NCBI GenBank assembly: GCA_000934665.2
Contig: JYFJ02003885.1
Coordinates: 1 to 37,368 of the forward strand
Origin: Catajapyx aquilonaris
Lineage: Eukaryota
DNA length: 37,368 nt
Direction of reading: 5' to 3'
Position 1 is the stretch's first letter. The number at the start of each line of letters is the position of its first letter. The position numbers and the translations under genes are program-made. The notes below the pieces were generated by a model. That model worked only from the letters and a program-made list of their open reading frames with translations. It was not told the DNA's origin and searched no databases. Below, one piece after another: positions 22,728 to 33,933 of the stretch.

Positions 22728-25056
22728 GTCCGAGGGGTGATTGGAGTAGTGGGTAGGCAGGTGGCGCAATGTGTAGGTGATGCGACCACTGTGGATGCAA
22801 CTAAGGTTTTCCACGACAAGTTCCTCTCGCATCGTCGGTCCTACGCTATGCAGGTTAGGCAAAAGCAATTTCCTTGGTGGCGCGTAGTCTACCCTGGTCG
22901 CAATAAAACACTGACCCATTACACCTGTCCACCTGTCTAGTACGCATAAAATACCGACTGTATACAGTACTCGCTTAAACTAGCTCGACTGTTAAATTGC
23001 GCTAACGTTACCACGCATTTGCCTTCGACTTTTCTCTCCCTAGAGCGAGCTTTCAATATCAAAATTCCAGTTCGGAAAAACCGGCAATAACCAAAAATTA
23101 ATAAACGTTGGGGATCTCCAACTAGGGGGTTGGCATAGGGGCCAAAGTATTTTTGCTTCTAGCTATTAGCCTAAAATTGATTTTCAAAAATATTTTCGGA
23201 GTGACGTCTGGAGTAAATGAAAGCAGTTGATCATGCCTTGTAGATCTTAAACGCGCATTTTTTTGCTCCTACGAAACGAAAAGGATAATGATACCGAAGG
23301 TGTACGTTCCTACATACTTCTTAAAAACAAGCGATTGTGTTCTGAGGCGCATACCGGTACCACTTCATACTGGCTCGACATTCCAATCCGGATGCAAGAC
23401 CTGGAAGCAATTACGCAACACTGAGACCCACTCTACCGGGAATGATATTGATAATGAGTCTGTTCCTAGTACTCGTACTATTTTGTGCAGAGTTATGGAA
23501 GGGAATTTTGTGGGGAATATAAAAAAAGCTTAGTGGAAGAATAAGAGTGAGAAGATAGTTATTTGAAGCCTATTGATCTTTTGCCTGCTGACTTCTAATC
23601 TGCTATGTAGGTAGAGTTCAGTGGGAAAAAGGGATTCAGATTTAGCACTTTCTTCGACTGGGTCCAAGATTTGAAAGACCATAAAATATTCACGACTCGC
23701 CTGGAGTGCCTTCAAAAAAATTGCGAAACAGAAGGTTAAGCGTGCGATTGACCTCTTTAATGAAATGGCAAGGGACGGGTCAAATTCCTCCAGATAAAAG
23801 GGCCCGCAGAGAAAAGTGCCATAATGAGCATTTACTGTATGATTAAATCCTTTGCAGATCATTTAGTGGCCATTAACATATAAGGAATGGGATTCACCTT
23901 AGGCGCAGTTGCACTGAAGCAGTTATACCGCGGATTTATCCTCGTTATTATCTGATGTACAGTACCCCCATAAGAGCAACGTACACTTGGCAGTATACAA
24001 GTATAGTAGTTGTACTACAAGTAGTAGCCACGTGTGTTTTTTAAATAAAAATAAAAATGAGGTGTTTTAAGCATGGGAGGGAATGTGTATAGGGGAGGTT
24101 TGATGGCGCTCCTGAAAAGGCATGGATTGACAGGGAATCATTTTCAGGGTTTACAACCGATGACTGGGAATGTCACATAGGCCCCGAGCTCTTTCCACTC
24201 CACGGAGTCCCTTGCAAAAATCCTCCCGTTCAATCGAGGCGTGGGCTGTCAAATCAAGAATTATCGGCCCGTTGAAATCGACTAGTGATCCCCCCGCCCT
24301 CCACCATCCCGCACCCCCACCCTCACTACAGACTTGAGTGGAAGCTTCCCTGAAAATGGCTACCTTTTATGCCATACCCCCCCCCCCCCGATCCCCCCTC
24401 TATTGTTGCTACAGTCTTTCAGCTCACCCAATCATATGGATCACCACCGGAGAGGGGTGAGCCACCAAAAATTGAATGCCTGAAAAATTGCAGGCTTTCT
24501 CGATATATCTACCCACAGTATCTACCCAACCCTCCCCATTTGGATTTACTTGACGCAGCTAGCACATCAAGTCACGTGTCGTCTCAGACCTTGTACATTC
24601 CCATCACCCCTTGCGGTGGGCCATATTATGGCCCTATATGGTCCTATGACATCCGCATCGTGTTCAGGGATTGCGATGGTTTCAGCCAACTAGCTTATCG
24701 GTAAAGTACCGTACACGACTAATGTACCGGTTTGTAATAATGAACCCATTGCTTTTTTTCCTCCAGCTCTGGTGGGTCTCGTCGGAATTTTAGCTTTCAT
24801 CTTTCTAATACATTCCCTGATCAAGTATTTATGCCGAGGTCCGTGAAGATAGCACCGCCACCTTGAGCTCAAAAATTACAAACGTGCCCATATTTATGAG
24901 CTTTTTTGAGCTTTCCAAACGCAATCAACCACAAATTTTGAGCTCGCTTCGTTCCCGAGATATCCACGTTTAAGTGTGCTAGGAATGGCGGTGCCAACTT
25001 CACGTCAACACCAACACTTTGGGCTCAAAAATCATACTCATGATGTCCATGAAGCC

Positions 25057-25520
25057 GGCCCGACCCATTTATAATACTGGTTCGATAAAATAATAAATAC
25101 ATACGTTGTTTGTTTATCGTTTGTTTAAGTTTGTTTTGATGAGCAAATCGTTTGTTTCTGAATGGATCCTTTGTAATTGAAAAAAAAACATCGTGGGTGC
25201 GGCTAACTTAACGGGGGCCCGACCCATTCACTAAATTCGAAAAAATCGCAAAAATAATTACACACATCGTTTGTTTAGCGTTTGTTTTGATGGTCCAGTC
25301 GTTTGTTTCGGAATGGATCCTTTGTCATTTAAAAAAAAATGTGGGTGCGGCTAACTTCACGCAGCCTGACCCATTCACTGAACTGGTTCGATAAGTACAC
25401 TCATCGTATGTTTATAGTTTGTTTACATTTGTTTCGATGAACAAATAGTTTGATTCGAATTTAAATACTGCTTTAAAAAATGAAAAACACTGTGGGTGCG
25501 GCTAACTTCGCACCCCAACC
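25057..25520. repeat. Tandem array of ~3 diverged ~150-bp units
   Basis: GTGGGTGCGGCTAACTT at 25193, 25341 and 25492 (periods 148 and 151). GACCCATT and TTTGTTT blocks recur in each unit. Confidence 0.9.
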
Positions 25521-25532
25521 CGTAGCTCAAAT

Positions 25533-27040
25533 TATTTAAAGGCTCCGCCACGGTGAGTTTACTTTTGTTTACGCTTTCCTGGCGTTTGCTGACCATGAGG
25601 TAGTATAGGCATTAGTCTAGACTAGACAAAGTGGAATAGTGAAACGTTTTATATCAGCCCAGCATTGATTCGATGTACACATGTTGGCATGTTCAAGACA
25701 AAGCTTCAGAGTATTACAAAAAAGATTGCTCCCTCTTATGACGAAAAGAATTGTATGAATTGTGTAGTACAGTGCTGGCCATATATCGAGGCAACCGCCA
25801 GCGACATTTTTCCGAAGCGGCAGAAGAAGGAATCTTGCTCGCCCGGCTTGTAGCATGCTTATCTTCGATTCCTTCTTCTGCCGCTTCGGAAAAATGTCGC
25901 TGGCGGTTGCCTCGATATATGGCCAGCACTTGTACAGTACATGGCACAAGTCAAAAAATTGAAGAAAAAAATACATGGTATACAAGATTAGTGATTATTA
26001 TACAGTACAAGGTATTTTGCGAATTTACAAGTACTTTGAATCTCCATTACTTTTCTTGTACGGACATACAGAAAAGGACGTGTGGAATAACTTGTTGGGT
26101 ATAGGAATGACATTAGACATCACTCCCCTTGATAGCCCATCATGATGATCCCAAGTCTCACTAGAAATCCTCCGCGTGTAGGCCGTGTAATGACCAGGGT
26201 GGAATCCCACTACACCCAGCAGAACGTATGTTCTCCCTGCGACCTGCAAGGATACGGTATAGGGAGTTCAGCCAATTTGTGGGGTCGGTTGAAAGCGAGA
26301 TTGCCTGCTAGAGTCATTTCCTAGCCAAAATAGTCTAGACCGATTAGAATGTGATGGTATCCCTCAATTGTTACATCCGGCAAATTCTTGCATGGTTCTG
26401 GTACACCAATATTCATTGGCTTTGCTATTGCTTCTGCCAAACATGTGAAGCCTTCATTGCATATTATAGAGTTCGTGTTCAAAACCACATATTTCTGACA
26501 ATCAGGGCGTTTGCACTCTGTGTTAGGACCCATTCCTTGATGCAGTCCGGTGAGTTTGTCAGTGACTCTGGCACATGACAATCAGGTTTTCTTGAATGCC
26601 ATTCTCCAGAACTCCAATCCCTTTGATTTTTTGGGACAGAACGTTCAGAGAATCTTCCATAGGGACGGAATAAATAGGTAATTTTCAAGCTCAAAGTGGC
26701 TTCACGGACCTTTTATGCCAGGGGAGGAACCAGACGGAGCAGAGGACGACTGCTGGAAGCATGACTGGAAGTGTAGAAACATTCAGCATGGAAGAACTGT
26801 GTCTACCAATGTAAGTGACTTCAGGGGAAGAAATCATTTGTAATACAATAGTTTGATATATACTCTACCTCCTCGCAGCTCAACTATCGAGACTTTTGGC
26901 ATGCCGCAACGTCGCAGCAGCATTGTCATCAGCTCCAGCACTGACAGTCGCTGAAAATGAGGTAAGGGACTCAAATTATTTGAAAGACATGATCTAATGA
27001 GCCACGCATTTCAGATGGGGAATAACGAGGCCTTCTGACG
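25533..27040 (+). pseudogene. Decayed multi-exon gene(s) with short introns, product unknown
   Basis: TATTTAAA 25533; ACCATGAG|GT at 25595; GT-AG introns 25600-25657 (58 nt), 26550-26609 (60), 26811-26878 (68), 26962-27014 (53). Intron 1 splices in frame (MSPALIRCTHVGMF...). Interrupted by a MITE, frameshifts and stops. Confidence 0.45.
25770..25932. mobile_element. Tc1-type hairpin MITE
   Basis: TA-CAGTGCTGGCCA (classic Tc1 TIR start) ... TGGCCAGCACTTG-TA. ~64-bp perfect arms. Confidence 0.9.
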
Positions 27041-27419
27041 GGCGACGGCGTCGCTTTTTTTAACACCTGATTTTAATTGTGACGGAGTGAATTAAACGAA
27101 GGCCGCTGGATTTATGTCTAGTGTTAGAAAAATATTACAACCTGCTTCAGCACACTTTTCAGCTTCAGCAGGGAAAGGCTTTTATGCTGACTGCAATGTA
27201 AGAAACGACATGCTATGCCGACTTGTAAAGAGGGCACACACTGAAAAGTGCTGTCAGTCGAAAAGGTCGCAGTCCAGGAACGTCCAATGAATCGAGATGA
27301 AGACGTCCCTGCCCCTACCACCCATGGGAGGGAGGAGTAATAAGTTCCCCACTCACATTTACCTGTCACATTACCAGTTGACAAGTTGCCTTTTCAAATG
27401 CACTTTCCGCCTGATGTTC

Positions 27420-27973
27420 CACCTCCTTTTTCTCCTGGATATATACGGTTCCGTCGAAATATTGCCTTACTTCATGTAGGTCGCCAACGTAGCTCAAGGC
27501 CTTTCTCACTTAACAATATTTGAGGTTGAATCGTGCCATTATGCAAGAACCTTCCAAGTAGACCGCATCGGCCATTTTGACTGCTGAAATAGTTCCTGAA
27601 TCCAACTTTGTGCGTGGTGGACCAAGTGCTACATAACTTTGTACACGTAGCCTACGAGGAAACTTAGTCCCTTTGAACGTGGCTGGCCATATTTTATGTG
27701 GTGTGAAGTTGAAACCAGTTATGAGACTAATGCAGCCAGCCAAATTGATGCTTGTACTCTCGGCTGTTGGTTAACTTTTTGATGAGAATTTTCCTGCCTT
27801 TCTTCTAGAGTATAATATTTTGTTTCCATATTACTACAACACGTGCACACAGTAATAAACATGGCATAACACTCCTTGAGCAGATTCCATCCATCCACCA
27901 GAAATGAAGGGCTCCTACGACCCATGTTTGGGGAAACGAGTGAGCGAGAATGTAGACTCCCCAAATCAATCAT
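27420..27973 (-). pseudogene. Possible highly degraded Ginger/GIN (KRBA2/SCAND3-like) integrase
   Basis: Collinear fragments H..MGRR..WNLLKECYAMFITVCTCC (HHCC-like), RVQA, LGPP..LDSG, EGSC..LK and SYVGDLHEV follow the order of remembered Ginger motifs (GGR..YANITRE..C..C, RxQxDL, GAP..SDNG, QGSVE, W...L..V). By-eye similarity only. Confidence 0.35.
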
Positions 27974-29689
27974 AAATAATGGGTCGAGAGCCTGTTATCC
28001 TTAATAGAATTAGCGAATCCCCCTTTATGCTGGTACTGCTGTGACTCGAGCTCAAATAAGAGCGCACGTTCCGTAGGTGTGAGCGACCCAGAAGGTGGGC
28101 CAAATAGGAGAATAAATAAAAACCGTAAGGAGGTTTAGCAGAGGAGAGAAAAGAAAGACGACGAAAAGTTGGGCCTGGCCTGCAATCCAATCACCGCGAA
28201 TGGCCTTACATGTCAAGTCAGCCACTTTTCCTTCACACCTTTTCTTCCGTGCCAGCCCCCCCAAAAAGGAAAGCATTTTACACTTACCAATCCCCCCCCC
28301 CCCAGTTCAGGCTTGCCAATTTTGTAAGTACACCACCTAAAAATGAGCCGCATGTAACGTTCATTTCGAACACCAGTTAAAAATGTTTCGGCAAAATCAG
28401 AGGACTACATTTGGGGGGGGGGGAGAAGGATAGCAGGTCCCGAGGCTACGGAAATCGATGTAAGTTTGTAATAATTTAATTTTTAAGCAGGGCAAGGCCT
28501 GAATGCTGGGTTTGAATAGTGCGTTTCCAACAGGGATTAACTATTGACTTGTCCGACCAAAATGATTTCCTATGCAGACTTGAAACACGGAAAACCTGCA
28601 TGTTCGAATAGCCTAGCGATTTGAGTTCTATGCTTTTACAGCAGTCAACTTCTGCTCAAACAATTTCCACAAATTTTTCCCGGACGTCCTAAAATCTGTG
28701 ATTCAAAAATACCAACATTAAGTCCTTTTACTTTCCTACCATCGAGCAACATTTGCATAATTTATAACACGTAAACTTGTGTAAGTTAGCTTCATGCTGT
28801 GAGACGCTGTGGGCTGATACGAGGATGACTCTCGGCAAGCTGATTTACGTACATATATATTGTTTTCAACGTATAAGTGAGACAATGGTGGGAGGAAAAC
28901 AAGGACTTTGAAGCTCGTAATGGAGACGTCAGCTGGTGCTGTAATCTGCTTGTTGCTTCAAGACAAACCACCAACTAACTTCTCTCTCTCTCTCCCTCTC
29001 AGATCTCTACAAATAGACCAGTGTTTCCCTAGAGAATAGGTCCCTCTGCTGGGATTTTCCGTGAAACCACTTCTCCTCAAAACCAGCGTACATAATGATT
29101 CTCACTTGGTTCAGCGCACAAAGCTACACGGTAGAGTACGACATTGCCGAAACGAGCATTCTCATCGTACTGTGTACAGAAGCTCTATAAAATACAGCCT
29201 GTGGCAGTCAAAAGCTAGCAATACATGACAATGACAAATGTACACCGTAATTTGTGATATCAAGGTCATTGCCGTAATTCGTAAACAATTCACTCATTGC
29301 AGTGATCAACATCGTCAATATATGCATAAATACCCAATTATCGATATTGATTTTGTGGTCTGGTTGCGACAAATCGCCGACAAGATTTGGCAAAAAAAAA
29401 ATCCACTTAAAAATTCATCTTGTACAGATTTTTAAACAGGCTTAGATGCCGTAGTAAATTATACGTAACGTTGTTAAGGGACTGGAGAAGGGAGCACAAA
29501 ATCTTCCTGAATTTACCGAGTGATTATCGATTTTTTTTTGCACGATCCTGCATATATCACTCGAAACTTTCCTCCAAAATTAATTCGCACTTCTCCCAGC
29601 ATCCCTTCCCGTCTCCGGTGGTTAACCTGTTTTGCCAATGTTTTGAGAATTGTTCTTTCTAGAAGTATAACTTATCCTAGTACTGTACT

Positions 29690-30275
29690 TTTTTTATGAT
29701 TGATCTATTAGGGAGGTTGGCCCAGCATTGCCTGAAGCGGCTGTGACCTATTATACGGAAGCGACCCCGGAATTATCCTAGGAAGACCGTGGAAAACCAC
29801 AGAAAACCACGGTCAGGGTCACGGTCACATAAGTAAGGTCTGGTCACTCCCACCCACCCCCTGCCGGGGCGTTTTGCAGCGGGTGCTCACTTGAGAGCGC
29901 CATGAGACATTTCGAGGCCCAGGTAAGTGGCGACCCTACCGGACTAGGCTGAACTTTATAGGTACGAAAGGGGAGGGCTACATTGGGGGATCCAACATGG
30001 CCGCCGCCGGCCATGTTGGGTCAGCATGTAGCGCTTCCCTTTCGTACCTATAATGTTCAGCCTAGTCCGGTAGGGTCGCCACTTACCTGGGCTCCGAAAT
30101 GTCTCATGGCGCTCTCAAGTGATCACCCGCTGCAAAATGCCTCGGCAGTCGGCAGGTGATAAGAACAGACTGTAGGTGTCCGGGGGCTGGTCAGGATCGT
30201 CGGTCCCGGGATTCGAACCCAGGACCTCCCGATTAGCAGTAGGACGCCTTATCCACCATGCCAACCTGCTTCGGT
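29690..30275 (-). mobile_element. tRNA-derived SINE, family 1, copy 4 (different 3' tail, interrupted by PAL)
   Basis: 14-bp TSD CCTAGTACTGTACT (29676-29689, 30276-30289). Head matches copies 2 and 3. After CACAGCCGCTTC it diverges to a short tail ending in oligo-A. Confidence 0.92.
29820..30189 (-). mobile_element. PAL subfamily B, copy 4, inserted in a SINE
   Basis: 8-bp TSD GTCAGGGT (29812-29819) / GTCAGGAT (30190-30197), one mismatch. Uninterrupted SINE copy 1 has this 8-mer once, so the empty site is visible in the window. Confidence 0.9.
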
Positions 30276-31459
30276 CCTAGTACTGTACTGCAGACAGTGC
30301 TTTAAAAGCGATACAGCATAAAATCATATATTTATCTACACAAATGACCATCCTGACCATGGTAACAATAGTCATATCGAACAAACAGCATAATGAGCAC
30401 ATCACCATGCACGTCTTCGCCTATCAGACTACTGAAAAGCTAGTCATATATTGAGAACCGACAATATAAGCCAGGGTCTACTTCCCCCTTGAGCCTTCGT
30501 GGGGTTTTGATATTCTTCCTCTGGTCCCCTCTGTCTTTTTTCCCCCCTCCTTGGAAAAGCTGAAGCCGGTCAATTTGCTTGGTCGCTCTGACAAGACGCA
30601 GTGACAGCCAATTACCAAAGCGATCAAGCGAAAAGAAGACCCCAGAAGAGAAGAGGGGCTGCCCGGAGGGGAATACGGGGCTATACCCATTGGTCAATTT
30701 TCCGGGAGATTCAATGGAGATATACAGGAGTAAGGGAGTGATTCTGTGGTCTGGCCTACTTTGAAAATTCATGCAGACTGGCATTTCGGTTGAGTCATTT
30801 AAATTACTCTGCAGCAGCCTTGGCTGGTCTGGACCTGCGCAACAATGTCTGCTGACAATGGCAAATCTCATCTCCTGTTTGGTCGTCAAAAGGTGGGAAA
30901 TGGAGACGGGTTACATGAGGGTCGTAAAGATATATTCAGATATCGTTCCGCTGATGGAAATAACGGCATAAAATGCAAAGGAAGGTGGTTTGATAGACGA
31001 ATGGGGCTTATAAAATCGAGGCTTCATCATGAAAACTGGATTCTGATGAGAGGGCATTTAGGGAGGCATGAGACGGGTTAGTGATGTAACGGGCCGAAAA
31101 TTTTCTTGGGGGGGATTTAATTTCGGCTTGATCTAGATCTTGCACCACCCAGCATGTCGAGGGAAGGAGATGAATATGCGGTTTCACATCCTGTCATTTT
31201 TATGTCCTCCGAGAGGAGATAAAACGCGGAATATCCCTGTGTTATGCCTAATAAAGGCAATAACTTGGAATCGGGAGGTGAAAGAAATGAGACCTAAGCT
31301 TCCTTGTCGAATGTGAGAGACAAACGGCCTATCTAACCATTTAAAGGTTTATTCATTTTTGCATTTTCAACCCTCACACATTATGTGAATGCCTGCATTG
31401 CGGAAATGGGCTTCTATACTGTACATCATCTATGCCACTCGCAATAATTCGCAAAACCA

Positions 31460-32196
31460 CAGGGTTGGATTTTAAATAGTGGCAACTCTGTTCCCCTTGC
31501 GCAAGGAAACGGGGTTGTGGTTTCTGCGCAAGAAGGGAGATCCAGGAAGACATGGGCCTTGTTCATGTCAAGTTTGGACCCGATTGTGCTACTGGTGACG
31601 GTGACAGGGTAGTTCAAAGGGGCCGCATCCTCATGCACAGCCCTAAGCCATGCCATCGAAGTTAGAACAGAACTTTTGGTTGAAAATCGAGGTGGCGAGA
31701 TGCCATGACAATGCCCAGTACTACCACGACTGGGAACACCATATGAGACCAGCGATACGACGCAAGCGACCGCATTTCATTGAACACCAGCCCCATGACC
31801 AACCCTATCGTGTTGCCATGTCGCAGTTGCAGTGAGAGAATATATTGTTGCTTCTTTGGCAATGGGAAACACTGGAGCACCCTCCCTATACTCTCCAGAT
31901 ATGACCCCTTGTGATTTTAATTATTTTGTTCACAAAAATGAAGGAGCCATTGCGAGGAAACGTATCCAGAGAATTGAAGCGATAGAACACTCTTTAGGGC
32001 CTGTATGGCTGATATCAACTAACATTAGGGCTACTCTGCTGACGGCATCCAATGCCTCCCACATATCTGGAAAAGGGTCATGGAGTGTCGGGACGACTAT
32101 ACATTGAAGCAATGTACCGGTATATAACTTTGTTAATATTTAAAGCTTTCTTCTGAAACTATCGCAGTGTTGCCACTATTTAAAATCCAACCCTCG
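31460..32196 (+). mobile_element. Internally deleted mariner element with transposase remnants
   Basis: TIR AGGGTTGGATTTTAAATAGTGGCAAC / GTTGCCACTATTTAAAATCCAACCCT-CG-TA. Peptides EQNFWLKIEVAR, HHMRPAIRRKRPHF and LYSPDMTPCDF (mariner YSPDLAPxD motif). Confidence 0.92.
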
Positions 32197-33137
32197 TATT
32201 CTGAAACATGCGACATGCCTATACGAAAATAAATCGGACAATTCGCGCAAACCATGCACCTGCAATATGCTATAAGCTGTCTAACGTCTTGTAAGTCGAT
32301 GATTAAAATAAGCTCATTTAAGAATGCTTTCTAATCAGCCTTGGGCTAGAATACGTGGACTGCTTTGCCGCTTCTGATTTACAGTTAATCATTCCACACC
32401 AGTCTCTATTAGAGGTAAGCATGTAATCTGTATGTAACTAACAATAGGGCTAGGAGAAGATGAAGTAGGTCTATATATATATAGGAAAGAGGCGCGGTCG
32501 CTATTTTGAGGAATTTTTAGGGTAAATGAATTTGGTTTGCGATCTAAATAAATCCATTTCCTTTCTCCACAAACTGCAGTTCCAAATACGTCCTATCAGC
32601 TCTTGGTCCTATGTAATTTTTTCTCCATTAAGGGTAAAAATAAAAGCAGAATATTTCGTATTCCAAAGTTGGGAAATATTATTGTAGTTAAAGTGATACT
32701 ATTCGAGGGCTGAACATTGATGATAAGTAGGTCTTACAAAAGTTATTGCCTGTCACCACCCTCAGCTGATGAAGCACTGAAAGAGGTTTTGGATGGAATC
32801 AGGTGGGAGCTGAAGAATCGGCCAGCGTTTTGTCAGGTTTGTCGATTAAGTCAACGTAATAAAGCGCATGGGAGAACCTCAGACAAGACCCCAGATCTCA
32901 CTTCCTATGCTTCCTGCCTCCCAATCTGCCACAGGTTCCATCCACGACATTTGTCTTCTTTCGGCCAACTCTGATAAGGATGGCAGCCGGAAAAATGGGG
33001 GAATTTGTATCTCATCCCTTCTTTCTTTAAAAAGGAACAAAATATTCGGATATAATTAAGCTGCATAATAATCGCTGCAAGACCCTGCAGTTATACATAT
33101 GATACGAGGCGTGCAGTCTGTTGTTGAGGTGTCTTCG

Positions 33138-33613
33138 CGTCGCCAGGAATGGTGGACATCGGCCTTGCGACTCCTGCGCCCATAAGCTACATAGGGATTG
33201 CAGTGTAAAACAGCTGTAACTCGGTTAATTTTGATCGAATTCATTTTATTTTTCAATGTGTATGAAGGTAATAGACTCCTGCATACCCTGGTGACTCTAA
33301 AAAATTAATATTGCAATTATGTTTGGGAGATAATGGTGTCTCATTCCGCTTATGAGGTTTTGCGTTGCATTTTGCTCTTGGGCCCGAAAAAGCTACTTTC
33401 AATTGAGATATTTCATTGATCTCAAAATGTGTATGAAATATACGATGTGTGTGACAAAATGGTTATTCCATATTTAAGATTGGTCCACAAAGTAGTGAGA
33501 TCATGGTGTCTCTTTCCGTCAGAAAACTCTGGTTCATCCCGTCCAAATGATCGTCCGCCTCCTATCGGTGGTAATATGAAACACTGGCAGAATGTCCACC
33601 ATTCCTGGCGACG
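33138..33613. mobile_element. TIR element, unclassified
   Basis: Perfect 22-bp inverted repeat CGTCGCCAGGAATGGTGGACAT / ATGTCCACCATTCCTGGCGACG. True ends and TSD unclear. Confidence 0.6.
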
Positions 33614-33821
33614 GGGGCCCTCCAGTTACGAGTTAACAAATTTTATTTTGTAATTATACAGTGCGTCATATGTGGTTTATCCACCTCATTATTACAGTAT
33701 TATTAATATTATTATAAGTAACCTGGTGATGTAGGATAATTATTAATGACTAGTACGACAGCCTACACACAATATGATACCTGTACTGTAGAAGTCTCGC
33801 GTCATAAACCATACACAAGTA

Positions 33822-33933
33822 TTTTTATTTCTTATTTCTTATTTTTATTTTAATATCCCTTGCTCAGGACTTCAGTCCTGTTTCGGGGGACAAATAAACT
33901 CCCAATTTTTAAAGTACATTCGTAAGGTTTACA
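33822..33933 (-). mobile_element. 5'-truncated non-LTR retroelement (LINE/SINE 3' end)
   Basis: 16-bp TSD AAACCATACACAAGTA (33806-33821, 33934-33949). Minus-strand stem-loop CAGGAC-TGAA-GTCCTG followed by an A-rich repeat tail. Confidence 0.8.

Noticed and set aside
22653..22940. Minus-strand ORF MGQCFIATRV... as a third island gene
   Set aside because: Runs into a PAL insertion lacking a TSD, the continuation could not be reconstructed, and no homology was recognised.
26490..26625. RING-finger-like VCTLC*DPFLDAVR|TP
   Set aside because: Internal stop and no following CxH..C..C, so insufficient support.
30440..31100. Cluster of 60-149 aa ORFs
   Set aside because: No codon bias, domain similarity or consistent splice structure seen.
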